Part shown: positions 12,201-26,555 of the stretch, piece by piece | Layout of the letters: the number at the start of each line of letters is the position of its first letter | Numbering within the stretch: the first letter of the stretch is position 1 | Assembly: GCA_900617105.1 (NCBI GenBank) | Contig: UYFQ01000097.1 | Coordinates: 1-37,430 of the forward strand | Length of the DNA stretch: 37,430 nucleotides | Reading direction: 5' to 3' | Source: Hydrurus foetidus | Lineage: Eukaryota | The notes under the pieces: model-generated | What the model saw: the letters and a program-made list of their open reading frames with translations, nothing else | Databases searched by the model: none | Told to the model about the DNA's origin: nothing | Position numbers and translations under genes: made by a program

Positions 12201-15200
12201 CATCTCCCTACATACGATCTCATATCCGAAAATACCACATCTCGTGTTGCCAGTTTCGGTACCTCAAATATGACGTCGAGTAGTACTGAGCCTCATATTC
12301 TATATCAAAATACTATTTCGAATTCTGGTTCTCCTCCTCCACATCCTCCTCTTCAGAACAAGTACAAACCTAATAACAATTATGACCCCAATAAATCAGC
12401 CAGTCAAAAGAATGCCAAGACTCAACCACCATAGGTTGACAGTCGCAATAGTAACAAAAAGAGATTAGCTGCCGGTGGATTTTGTTTTAAGTTTAATCTG
12501 GATGTGTGCTCTAAGTCGGCTCAAGAATGTCAATATAAGCATGAAATCATGCCGGAAGACTTCTGACCCTCTACACCACCTCGTCGTGATAACTATCCGG
12601 TATCCTCGGCCAAAACCCAACCGGCTAATCCTGTATATCCCAACCCAAGTTTCAATTTAACTCAAGTTCAACTTGATTCTGTAGGACCTGTGTCTGGCAG
12701 ATATGCTAGCGGATATTCTCAGAATCAACTTAAGAAATTAAAGACTTTGGAAGAGGTACTACATCCAGCCACAACACTCACTGAGCATCGTGTTCAGGTA
12801 TTCTCAAGCTGGGGTAACCCCTCTCAGCCTGCATATACAACGCATGGCGAAAAAGCCAATACATTAATGAGAACTCGCATCGACCCGAATAATCAGCGTA
12901 TATTAAAAACGCAACGGTTAGATAATTCTTGAAAAACATCTCCCTACATACGATCTCATATCCGAAAATACCACATCTCGTGTTGCCAGTTTCGGTACCT
13001 CAAATATGACGTCGAGTAGTACTGAGCCTCATATTCTATATCAAAATACTATTTCGAATTCTGGTTCTCCTCCTCCACATCCTCCTCTTCAGAACAAGTA
13101 CAAACCTAATAACAATTATGACCCCAATAAATCAGCCAGTCAAAAGAATGCCAAGACTCAACCACCATAGGTTGACAGTCGCAATAGTAACAAAAAGAGA
13201 TTAGCTGCCGGTGGATTTTGTTTTAAGTTTAATCTGGATGTGTGCTCTAAGTCGGCTCAAGAATGTCAATATAAGCATGAAATCATGCCGGAAGACTTCT
13301 GACCCTCTACACCACCTCGTCGTGATAACTATCCGGTATCCTCGGCCAAAACCCAACCGGCTAATCCTGTATATCCCAACCCAAGTTTCAATTTAACTCA
13401 AGTTCAACTTGATTCTGTAGGACCTGTGTCTGGCAGATATGCTAGCGGATATTCTCAGAATCAACTTAAGAAATTAAAGACTTTGGAAGAGGTACTACAT
13501 CCAGCCACAACACTCACTGAGCATCGTGTTCAGGTATTCTCAAGCTGGGGTAACCCCTCTCAGCCTGCATATACAACGCATGGCGAAAAAGCCAATACAT
13601 TAATGAGAACTCGCATCGACCCGAATAATCAGCGTATATTAAAAACGCAACGGTTAGATAATTCTTGAAAAACATCTCCCTACATACGATCTCATATCCG
13701 AAAATACCACATCTCGTGTTGCCAGTTTCGGTACCTCAAATATGACGTCGAGTAGTACTGAGCCTCATATTCTATATCAAAATACTATTTCGAATTCTGG
13801 TTCTCCTCCTCCACATCCTCCTCTTCAGAACAAGTACAAACCTAATAACAATTATGACCCCAATAAATCAGCCAGTCAAAAGAATGCCAAGACTCAACCA
13901 CCATAGGTTGACAGTCGCAATAGTAACAAAAAGAGATTAGCTGCCGGTGGATTTTGTTTTAAGTTTAATCTGGATGTGTGCTCTAAGTCGGCTCAAGAAT
14001 GTCAATATAAGCATGAAATCATGCCGGAAGACTTCTGACCCTCTACACCACCTCGTCGTGATAACTATCCGGTATCCTCGGCCAAAACCCAACCGGCTAA
14101 TCCTGTATATCCCAACCCAAGTTTCAATTTAACTCAAGTTCAACTTGATTCTGTAGGACCTGTGTCTGGCAGATATGCTAGCGGATATTCTCAGAATCAA
14201 CTTAAGAAATTAAAGACTTTGGAAGAGGTACTACATCCAGCCACAACACTCACTGAGCATCGTGTTCAGGTATTCTCAAGCTGGGGTAACCCCTCTCAGC
14301 CTGCATATACAACGCATGGCGAAAAAGCCAATACATTAATGAGAACTCGCATCGACCCGAATAATCAGCGTATATTAAAAACGCAACGGTTAGATAATTC
14401 TTGAAAAACATCTCCCTACATACGATCTCATATCCGAAAATACCACATCTCGTGTTGCCAGTTTCGGTACCTCAAATATGACGTCGAGTAGTACTGAGCC
14501 TCATATTCTATATCAAAATACTATTTCGAATTCTGGTTCTCCTCCTCCACATCCTCCTCTTCAGAACAAGTACAAACCTAATAACAATTATGACCCCAAT
14601 AAATCAGCCAGTCAAAAGAATGCCAAGACTCAACCACCATAGGTTGACAGTCGCAATAGTAACAAAAAGAGATTAGCTGCCGGTGGATTTTGTTTTAAGT
14701 TTAATCTGGATGTGTGCTCTAAGTCGGCTCAAGAATGTCAATATAAGCATGAAATCATGCCGGAAGACTTCTGACCCTCTACACCACCTCGTCGTGATAA
14801 CTATCCGGTATCCTCGGCCAAAACCCAACCGGCTAATCCTGTATATCCCAACCCAAGTTTCAATTTAACTCAAGTTCAACTTGATTCTGTAGGACCTGTG
14901 TCTGGCAGATATGCTAGCGGATATTCTCAGAATCAACTTAAGAAATTAAAGACTTTGGAAGAGGTACTACATCCAGCCACAACACTCACTGAGCATCGTG
15001 TTCAGGTATTCTCAAGCTGGGGTAACCCCTCTCAGCCTGCATATACAACGCATGGCGAAAAAGCCAATACATTAATGAGAACTCGCATCGACCCGAATAA
15101 TCAGCGTATATTAAAAACGCAACGGTTAGATAATTCTTGAAAAACATCTCCCTACATACGATCTCATATCCGAAAATACCACATCTCGTGTTGCCAGTTT

Positions 15201-18200
15201 CGGTACCTCAAATATGACGTCGAGTAGTACTGAGCCTCATATTCTATATCAAAATACTATTTCGAATTCTGGTTCTCCTCCTCCACATCCTCCTCTTCAG
15301 AACAAGTACAAACCTAATAACAATTATGACCCCAATAAATCAGCCAGTCAAAAGAATGCCAAGACTCAACCACCATAGGTTGACAGTCGCAATAGTAACA
15401 AAAAGAGATTAGCTGCCGGTGGATTTTGTTTTAAGTTTAATCTGGATGTGTGCTCTAAGTCGGCTCAAGAATGTCAATATAAGCATGAAATCATGCCGGA
15501 AGACTTCTGACCCTCTACACCACCTCGTCGTGATAACTATCCGGTATCCTCGGCCAAAACCCAACCGGCTAATCCTGTATATCCCAACCCAAGTTTCAAT
15601 TTAACTCAAGTTCAACTTGATTCTGTAGGACCTGTGTCTGGCAGATATGCTAGCGGATATTCTCAGAATCAACTTAAGAAATTAAAGACTTTGGAAGAGG
15701 TACTACATCCAGCCACAACACTCACTGAGCATCGTGTTCAGGTATTCTCAAGCTGGGGTAACCCCTCTCAGCCTGCATATACAACGCATGGCGAAAAAGC
15801 CAATACATTAATGAGAACTCGCATCGACCCGAATAATCAGCGTATATTAAAAACGCAACGGTTAGATAATTCTTGAAAAACATCTCCCTACATACGATCT
15901 CATATCCGAAAATACCACATCTCGTGTTGCCAGTTTCGGTACCTCAAATATGACGTCGAGTAGTACTGAGCCTCATATTCTATATCAAAATACTATTTCG
16001 AATTCTGGTTCTCCTCCTCCACATCCTCCTCTTCAGAACAAGTACAAACCTAATAACAATTATGACCCCAATAAATCAGCCAGTCAAAAGAATGCCAAGA
16101 CTCAACCACCATAGGTTGACAGTCGCAATAGTAACAAAAAGAGATTAGCTGCCGGTGGATTTTGTTTTAAGTTTAATCTGGATGTGTGCTCTAAGTCGGC
16201 TCAAGAATGTCAATATAAGCATGAAATCATGCCGGAAGACTTCTGACCCTCTACACCACCTCGTCGTGATAACTATCCGGTATCCTCGGCCAAAACCCAA
16301 CCGGCTAATCCTGTATATCCCAACCCAAGTTTCAATTTAACTCAAGTTCAACTTGATTCTGTAGGACCTGTGTCTGGCAGATATGCTAGCGGATATTCTC
16401 AGAATCAACTTAAGAAATTAAAGACTTTGGAAGAGGTACTACATCCAGCCACAACACTCACTGAGCATCGTGTTCAGGTATTCTCAAGCTGGGGTAACCC
16501 CTCTCAGCCTGCATATACAACGCATGGCGAAAAAGCCAATACATTAATGAGAACTCGCATCGACCCGAATAATCAGCGTATATTAAAAACGCAACGGTTA
16601 GATAATTCTTGAAAAACATCTCCCTACATACGATCTCATATCCGAAAATACCACATCTCGTGTTGCCAGTTTCGGTACCTCAAATATGACGTCGAGTAGT
16701 ACTGAGCCTCATATTCTATATCAAAATACTATTTCGAATTCTGGTTCTCCTCCTCCACATCCTCCTCTTCAGAACAAGTACAAACCTAATAACAATTATG
16801 ACCCCAATAAATCAGCCAGTCAAAAGAATGCCAAGACTCAACCACCATAGGTTGACAGTCGCAATAGTAACAAAAAGAGATTAGCTGCCGGTGGATTTTG
16901 TTTTAAGTTTAATCTGGATGTGTGCTCTAAGTCGGCTCAAGAATGTCAATATAAGCATGAAATCATGCCGGAAGACTTCTGACCCTCTACACCACCTCGT
17001 CGTGATAACTATCCGGTATCCTCGGCCAAAACCCAACCGGCTAATCCTGTATATCCCAACCCAAGTTTCAATTTAACTCAAGTTCAACTTGATTCTGTAG
17101 GACCTGTGTCTGGCAGATATGCTAGCGGATATTCTCAGAATCAACTTAAGAAATTAAAGACTTTGGAAGAGGTACTACATCCAGCCACAACACTCACTGA
17201 GCATCGTGTTCAGGTATTCTCAAGCTGGGGTAACCCCTCTCAGCCTGCATATACAACGCATGGCGAAAAAGCCAATACATTAATGAGAACTCGCATCGAC
17301 CCGAATAATCAGCGTATATTAAAAACGCAACGGTTAGATAATTCTTGAAAAACATCTCCCTACATACGATCTCATATCCGAAAATACCACATCTCGTGTT
17401 GCCAGTTTCGGTACCTCAAATATGACGTCGAGTAGTACTGAGCCTCATATTCTATATCAAAATACTATTTCGAATTCTGGTTCTCCTCCTCCACATCCTC
17501 CTCTTCAGAACAAGTACAAACCTAATAACAATTATGACCCCAATAAATCAGCCAGTCAAAAGAATGCCAAGACTCAACCACCATAGGTTGACAGTCGCAA
17601 TAGTAACAAAAAGAGATTAGCTGCCGGTGGATTTTGTTTTAAGTTTAATCTGGATGTGTGCTCTAAGTCGGCTCAAGAATGTCAATATAAGCATGAAATC
17701 ATGCCGGAAGACTTCTGACCCTCTACACCACCTCGTCGTGATAACTATCCGGTATCCTCGGCCAAAACCCAACCGGCTAATCCTGTATATCCCAACCCAA
17801 GTTTCAATTTAACTCAAGTTCAACTTGATTCTGTAGGACCTGTGTCTGGCAGATATGCTAGCGGATATTCTCAGAATCAACTTAAGAAATTAAAGACTTT
17901 GGAAGAGGTACTACATCCAGCCACAACACTCACTGAGCATCGTGTTCAGGTATTCTCAAGCTGGGGTAACCCCTCTCAGCCTGCATATACAACGCATGGC
18001 GAAAAAGCCAATACATTAATGAGAACTCGCATCGACCCGAATAATCAGCGTATATTAAAAACGCAACGGTTAGATAATTCTTGAAAAACATCTCCCTACA
18101 TACGATCTCATATCCGAAAATACCACATCTCGTGTTGCCAGTTTCGGTACCTCAAATATGACGTCGAGTAGTACTGAGCCTCATATTCTATATCAAAATA

Positions 18201-21200
18201 CTATTTCGAATTCTGGTTCTCCTCCTCCACATCCTCCTCTTCAGAACAAGTACAAACCTAATAACAATTATGACCCCAATAAATCAGCCAGTCAAAAGAA
18301 TGCCAAGACTCAACCACCATAGGTTGACAGTCGCAATAGTAACAAAAAGAGATTAGCTGCCGGTGGATTTTGTTTTAAGTTTAATCTGGATGTGTGCTCT
18401 AAGTCGGCTCAAGAATGTCAATATAAGCATGAAATCATGCCGGAAGACTTCTGACCCTCTACACCACCTCGTCGTGATAACTATCCGGTATCCTCGGCCA
18501 AAACCCAACCGGCTAATCCTGTATATCCCAACCCAAGTTTCAATTTAACTCAAGTTCAACTTGATTCTGTAGGACCTGTGTCTGGCAGATATGCTAGCGG
18601 ATATTCTCAGAATCAACTTAAGAAATTAAAGACTTTGGAAGAGGTACTACATCCAGCCACAACACTCACTGAGCATCGTGTTCAGGTATTCTCAAGCTGG
18701 GGTAACCCCTCTCAGCCTGCATATACAACGCATGGCGAAAAAGCCAATACATTAATGAGAACTCGCATCGACCCGAATAATCAGCGTATATTAAAAACGC
18801 AACGGTTAGATAATTCTTGAAAAACATCTCCCTACATACGATCTCATATCCGAAAATACCACATCTCGTGTTGCCAGTTTCGGTACCTCAAATATGACGT
18901 CGAGTAGTACTGAGCCTCATATTCTATATCAAAATACTATTTCGAATTCTGGTTCTCCTCCTCCACATCCTCCTCTTCAGAACAAGTACAAACCTAATAA
19001 CAATTATGACCCCAATAAATCAGCCAGTCAAAAGAATGCCAAGACTCAACCACCATAGGTTGACAGTCGCAATAGTAACAAAAAGAGATTAGCTGCCGGT
19101 GGATTTTGTTTTAAGTTTAATCTGGATGTGTGCTCTAAGTCGGCTCAAGAATGTCAATATAAGCATGAAATCATGCCGGAAGACTTCTGACCCTCTACAC
19201 CACCTCGTCGTGATAACTATCCGGTATCCTCGGCCAAAACCCAACCGGCTAATCCTGTATATCCCAACCCAAGTTTCAATTTAACTCAAGTTCAACTTGA
19301 TTCTGTAGGACCTGTGTCTGGCAGATATGCTAGCGGATATTCTCAGAATCAACTTAAGAAATTAAAGACTTTGGAAGAGGTACTACATCCAGCCACAACA
19401 CTCACTGAGCATCGTGTTCAGGTATTCTCAAGCTGGGGTAACCCCTCTCAGCCTGCATATACAACGCATGGCGAAAAAGCCAATACATTAATGAGAACTC
19501 GCATCGACCCGAATAATCAGCGTATATTAAAAACGCAACGGTTAGATAATTCTTGAAAAACATCTCCCTACATACGATCTCATATCCGAAAATACCACAT
19601 CTCGTGTTGCCAGTTTCGGTACCTCAAATATGACGTCGAGTAGTACTGAGCCTCATATTCTATATCAAAATACTATTTCGAATTCTGGTTCTCCTCCTCC
19701 ACATCCTCCTCTTCAGAACAAGTACAAACCTAATAACAATTATGACCCCAATAAATCAGCCAGTCAAAAGAATGCCAAGACTCAACCACCATAGGTTGAC
19801 AGTCGCAATAGTAACAAAAAGAGATTAGCTGCCGGTGGATTTTGTTTTAAGTTTAATCTGGATGTGTGCTCTAAGTCGGCTCAAGAATGTCAATATAAGC
19901 ATGAAATCATGCCGGAAGACTTCTGACCCTCTACACCACCTCGTCGTGATAACTATCCGGTATCCTCGGCCAAAACCCAACCGGCTAATCCTGTATATCC
20001 CAACCCAAGTTTCAATTTAACTCAAGTTCAACTTGATTCTGTAGGACCTGTGTCTGGCAGATATGCTAGCGGATATTCTCAGAATCAACTTAAGAAATTA
20101 AAGACTTTGGAAGAGGTACTACATCCAGCCACAACACTCACTGAGCATCGTGTTCAGGTATTCTCAAGCTGGGGTAACCCCTCTCAGCCTGCATATACAA
20201 CGCATGGCGAAAAAGCCAATACATTAATGAGAACTCGCATCGACCCGAATAATCAGCGTATATTAAAAACGCAACGGTTAGATAATTCTTGAAAAACATC
20301 TCCCTACATACGATCTCATATCCGAAAATACCACATCTCGTGTTGCCAGTTTCGGTACCTCAAATATGACGTCGAGTAGTACTGAGCCTCATATTCTATA
20401 TCAAAATACTATTTCGAATTCTGGTTCTCCTCCTCCACATCCTCCTCTTCAGAACAAGTACAAACCTAATAACAATTATGACCCCAATAAATCAGCCAGT
20501 CAAAAGAATGCCAAGACTCAACCACCATAGGTTGACAGTCGCAATAGTAACAAAAAGAGATTAGCTGCCGGTGGATTTTGTTTTAAGTTTAATCTGGATG
20601 TGTGCTCTAAGTCGGCTCAAGAATGTCAATATAAGCATGAAATCATGCCGGAAGACTTCTGACCCTCTACACCACCTCGTCGTGATAACTATCCGGTATC
20701 CTCGGCCAAAACCCAACCGGCTAATCCTGTATATCCCAACCCAAGTTTCAATTTAACTCAAGTTCAACTTGATTCTGTAGGACCTGTGTCTGGCAGATAT
20801 GCTAGCGGATATTCTCAGAATCAACTTAAGAAATTAAAGACTTTGGAAGAGGTACTACATCCAGCCACAACACTCACTGAGCATCGTGTTCAGGTATTCT
20901 CAAGCTGGGGTAACCCCTCTCAGCCTGCATATACAACGCATGGCGAAAAAGCCAATACATTAATGAGAACTCGCATCGACCCGAATAATCAGCGTATATT
21001 AAAAACGCAACGGTTAGATAATTCTTGAAAAACATCTCCCTACATACGATCTCATATCCGAAAATACCACATCTCGTGTTGCCAGTTTCGGTACCTCAAA
21101 TATGACGTCGAGTAGTACTGAGCCTCATATTCTATATCAAAATACTATTTCGAATTCTGGTTCTCCTCCTCCACATCCTCCTCTTCAGAACAAGTACAAA

Positions 21201-23235
21201 CCTAATAACAATTATGACCCCAATAAATCAGCCAGTCAAAAGAATGCCAAGACTCAACCACCATAGGTTGACAGTCGCAATAGTAACAAAAAGAGATTAG
21301 CTGCCGGTGGATTTTGTTTTAAGTTTAATCTGGATGTGTGCTCTAAGTCGGCTCAAGAATGTCAATATAAGCATGAAATCATGCCGGAAGACTTCTGACC
21401 CTCTACACCACCTCGTCGTGATAACTATCCGGTATCCTCGGCCAAAACCCAACCGGCTAATCCTGTATATCCCAACCCAAGTTTCAATTTAACTCAAGTT
21501 CAACTTGATTCTGTAGGACCTGTGTCTGGCAGATATGCTAGCGGATATTCTCAGAATCAACTTAAGAAATTAAAGACTTTGGAAGAGGTACTACATCCAG
21601 CCACAACACTCACTGAGCATCGTGTTCAGGTATTCTCAAGCTGGGGTAACCCCTCTCAGCCTGCATATACAACGCATGGCGAAAAAGCCAATACATTAAT
21701 GAGAACTCGCATCGACCCGAATAATCAGCGTATATTAAAAACGCAACGGTTAGATAATTCTTGAAAAACATCTCCCTACATACGATCTCATATCCGAAAA
21801 TACCACATCTCGTGTTGCCAGTTTCGGTACCTCAAATATGACGTCGAGTAGTACTGAGCCTCATATTCTATATCAAAATACTATTTCGAATTCTGGTTCT
21901 CCTCCTCCACATCCTCCTCTTCAGAACAAGTACAAACCTAATAACAATTATGACCCCAATAAATCAGCCAGTCAAAAGAATGCCAAGACTCAACCACCAT
22001 AGGTTGACAGTCGCAATAGTAACAAAAAGAGATTAGCTGCCGGTGGATTTTGTTTTAAGTTTAATCTGGATGTGTGCTCTAAGTCGGCTCAAGAATGTCA
22101 ATATAAGCATGAAATCATGCCGGAAGACTTCTGACCCTCTACACCACCTCGTCGTGATAACTATCCGGTATCCTCGGCCAAAACCCAACCGGCTAATCCT
22201 GTATATCCCAACCCAAGTTTCAATTTAACTCAAGTTCAACTTGATTCTGTAGGACCTGTGTCTGGCAGATATGCTAGCGGATATTCTCAGAATCAACTTA
22301 AGAAATTAAAGACTTTGGAAGAGGTACTACATCCAGCCACAACACTCACTGAGCATCGTGTTCAGGTATTCTCAAGCTGGGGTAACCCCTCTCAGCCTGC
22401 ATATACAACGCATGGCGAAAAAGCCAATACATTAATGAGAACTCGCATCGACCCGAATAATCAGCGTATATTAAAAACGCAACGGTTAGATAATTCTTGA
22501 AAAACATCTCCCTACATACGATCTCATATCCGAAAATACCACATCTCGTGTTGCCAGTTTCGGTACCTCAAATATGACGTCGAGTAGTACTGAGCCTCAT
22601 ATTCTATATCAAAATACTATTTCGAATTCTGGTTCTCCTCCTCCACATCCTCCTCTTCAGAACAAGTACAAACCTAATAACAATTATGACCCCAATAAAT
22701 CAGCCAGTCAAAAGAATGCCAAGACTCAACCACCATAGGTTGACAGTCGCAATAGTAACAAAAAGAGATTAGCTGCCGGTGGATTTTGTTTTAAGTTTAA
22801 TCTGGATGTGTGCTCTAAGTCGGCTCAAGAATGTCAATATAAGCATGAAATCATGCCGGAAGACTTCTGACCCTCTACACCACCTCGTCGTGATAACTAT
22901 CCGGTATCCTCGGCCAAAACCCAACCGGCTAATCCTGTATATCCCAACCCAAGTTTCAATTTAACTCAAGTTCAACTTGATTCTGTAGGACCTGTGTCTG
23001 GCAGATATGCTAGCGGATATTCTCAGAATCAACTTAAGAAATTAAAGACTTTGGAAGAGGTACTACATCCAGCCACAACACTCACTGAGCATCGTGTTCA
23101 GGTATTCTCAAGCTGGGGTAACCCCTCTCAGCCTGCATATACAACGCATGGCGAAAAAGCCAATACATTAATGAGAACTCGCATCGACCCGAATAATCAG
23201 CGTATATTAAAAACGCAACGGTTAGATATTTCTTG
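8516..23235 (+). repeat. Tandem array of 20 head-to-tail 736-bp units (first unit 735 bp), 14,720 bp
   Basis: Unit starts at 8516, 9251 and then every 736 bp to 22499; the ORF track repeats with the same period and units are nearly identical. Confidence 0.99.
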
Positions 23236-25440
23236 TCATAATAAAGATTATTCCAATAAAATTACAGACAATGATTTAAAAAACAATCAGAGATGTCTAC
23301 TTCAAAATGTAAATAATGAATACTCCGCATGCCCAATCCCTCTTCGCGCTATTATTGCGTCAATAAATCTCGCCGAACAATACTATGTCTTTCACAGACA
23401 TGTTCCGCACTACAATAGAACTGATCCTTCGGTATCTATTACACCATTCCATTTCTTGTGGAAACGCACCCGTACTATCAAAGACAATCAGGAAAGAGAT
23501 AAGCAATATACCGACATATTTCAATGGCATTCTAATCCTATGGCGTGTAAACGAAAAGACATACGTGATCGCACAGTACCATGGATGCACCTGATGTACT
23601 GTATTGCATCTACATTGATGCAATCAATAGTCATCCTTCCTTCTGCTGAAAAAGTGGCATCGTCACGGCACTTTATGACATTCAACCCTTATGCTGACAA
23701 CAGAGAGTACTATCTCACTTCACTTCGCATCGGACATTTCTGGTCTCAGATGACTACTGTGAGTGAATATGTCAAAATCATTCGACGAATCGAGCAGAGT
23801 GCTCATCACAATACTGTTAATCATAACACGTTGTTCCTTGATACAGTAATACATGCTGTTATACTTGACTTCATGGCACTTGCCGGTCAACATTTGGGTT
23901 ACTATCATGATCAGTCTACAATGCGTAAGGAAGATTTCCTTCGCCGTTTTCTCTTAAATGACATCGAAGCACAAATAGAACCGACATTCTGTAATAATGG
24001 GATTAAAGAAACTTTTTTTCTCATTGCCCGGTTAATTAAACCCATCAAGGATCCAATCAAACGTGCCCTCTTTTCTACGTTAACGAAAAAAGTTGATGAT
24101 TGCTCGTTCAGGAACGCCCTATAGATGGTACCAGCCTTCGCCCTAGAAATGAACTGTTAATTAGGGTCATTTGCTCTCGAGCTGATTCCCCTAGTTTAGC
24201 AAATGAACCATCAGATCAGATACGTCACGAATTCAACACAAGTCAACGTAGTTTACAACATTACGACTATGATGTTAATAATAGGCATGGTGCTACTAGT
24301 AGTGGTAGTGACAGCGGCCCTGAAAGTGAGCCTAGTCCTGTTGTCTCCCCTTCCGATCGTGTATACATCCCTAGCCCCATTCCCCCACCATCTGATCTGA
24401 TCCAGTATATGAGTCTCCCGCTCTTATTGGCGAACGCCGTATCATCGACTATGATGAATACTGTAAAACGTTAACTCGACTTCAAAGTGATAACGACCTC
24501 AACGATTACTTCCACAGTGACGTTGAATCTGTTGAGTTAAGTGACGATGAACAAGAAGTAATGAACAAATGGTCCAAAAATATTAGTGATGATGACGAAA
24601 ATAATCCAGAAACACATCAAGAACGTAACCAAAGGTACCGAAACGTGTTAATAGAAACGATGTCAAAATATACAAAATGGAAATACGATACTGTAAATAA
24701 TGCAAGAAAAGAGTCAGTTGACCAAACACAAAATGACACATCTCTTAATTCCGAAAAACAAAATAATGAAAAAGTGTCCAAAATGAATGATACTCGACAC
24801 TCCTCTCCTACACAAATCCATCTTATCTCTACTCCTACTATCTATATTCCTGATATTCCTTCTTTAGTTAATACCTCCCCTTACAAGTCCACAGATCCAT
24901 TTGAAGTCATGTATTACCAAGATCTCAGATCTTTCCTCTGGAACATTGAACCTTACCCAGTCACCTATTATCCACTCAAAGGATACCGTGATGGCCCTCG
25001 TGACGTTTTTACCAACAATTTGATTGGCATGTCTCTAGATCGCCATTTTCCTGACAGCAATCTAGCTGATGATATGTTCAATGCTGTCACTGCTATAGAA
25101 GAAAGTATGGCTGCAGACAGACGTCGATTTGAGAATCATGACACTGATTCCACAGTTGATGATCCCAATGAGACCCCGTCGTAGTCGATGATGACATTCA
25201 AGTTGACAACTTTCTTAATGATGTTCAGCAACAAATAAGCTTTGAAAATGAAATTCATAATGAAATTAATGGTGATAATGAATTTGAAAATATAGTACTA
25301 CCGATAATTGAAGAAATTCCTCCACCAGAAATAGCACATGTCCCAAAATATATCATCAAATTACTCCTGAAACCTCTGATACGACTTTGTTCGATTACTA
25401 CTATAATTTGAACGTTCTTCGTACCAATTCTCATCTTTAA
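23236..25440 (+). pseudogene. Unassigned coding-like segment of the element A polyprotein between the zinc finger and protease (frameshifted pieces)
   Basis: Consecutive same-strand ORFs 22994-24124, 24100-24474 and 24561-25184, then an acidic stretch leading to the protease. Confidence 0.6.
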
Positions 25441-25450
25441 AGCTATAAAA

Positions 25451-25760
25451 CAAACACCTCATCAAATTATTTTTGATTCTGGTGCTTCTACATGTGCTAC
25501 TTCTGATGCTTCGCTGATTGATAATATCGTATACGGTAATGGTGTCAAGGCTACTCCAGCTTTTGGTCCACCAGTTACTTCCCAAGCATCCGGCAAATAT
25601 GGCCCCCTTGGTTTAGACATTATACTAATGCCAGGCATGAAAGAAACTCTAATATCAATATCCGAATTATGTCATGGTGGTATTTCTGGTGAACTTAATG
25701 GTGTCTTCATTACATCGGAAGGATTACGTTGTTTTACAATAGCAAGCGTACGTCACCGAA
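25451..25760 (+). pseudogene. Copia aspartic protease domain of element A
   Basis: QIIFDSGASTCATSD (DSG at 25475-25483) ... ILMPGMKETLISISELC. Confidence 0.85.
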
Positions 25761-25980
25761 TGAATAGTTCGTGGATTCTTATCCAATGGTGTCTATGTCT
25801 ATAAGGGTCCTGATGATAACTACAATAATGGACCAGTCAATAGTACAGTCCAAATTCCTCCTATAATTCCGAGATTTCCTATGCCTATTTCCCATCCAAT
25901 AATCCCTCTCATTAAGTCTCATTAAGTCTATTCATAAGACGAGTACAATACCATTACAATTATGCCTGACTCAGTTTAAA

Positions 25981-26555
25981 CCTGTTTCACTGTATGATCA
26001 TGTTCATATGGTAACCGGACATCCCGGTAATGCAGGCATGGCCTGGCATCTTAAAAATTCCACGGGAGCTAAGTACTCCGAGGAAGATGCATCAAAACAA
26101 CATGCAAAGGTTGTGTATACGGTATGATGCATCAAACACCTACCGATCATAGACGCGAGCATCGCGACCTACCTTCAAAACCTGGACAATGCTTCACACT
26201 CGATGCTTATTCTCATACTTCATATTCCACGCGAGGATACAAGTATTGTGATATATACACTGACATAGCTACACGTTGTAGTTATCCAGTCTTCACTAAG
26301 GATAGATCAGCACATGAACTATGTGAGCAAAGCAATAAACTCTTCTGTCAACACCCAGAATGACAATATGTTCATGATACTGACACTCGTCGGTTCATCC
26401 AAGTAAACCCTGAACGCAACTATAAGTCGTTCGATTTTCTCACATTCGCCTCCTCAAAGGGTTACAGCCTCGAACGCACACTGGCACGTGACAAACATGC
26501 CGGCGGTATTGCTGAGCGCGCAGTTGAACACATTGTTGCCAAAACTAACGTCGCA
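25981..26555 (+). pseudogene. Integrase N-terminal zinc domain and catalytic core of element A (frameshift plus stop at 26361)
   Basis: HVHMVTGH...CKGC (HHCC-like), CFTLDAY and GGIAERAV, leading in frame into ORF 26556. Confidence 0.8.

Noticed and set aside
8796..22964. Repeated 61-aa and 80-aa ORFs as a multicopy gene cluster
   Set aside because: Both start at GTG; the 61-aa ORF is an off-frame shadow and the 80-aa ORF is a slice of the broken gag frame.
8516..23235. CRISPR-like or variable-cassette array
   Set aside because: There are no unique spacers; units are essentially identical end to end, and no cas-like ORF is present.
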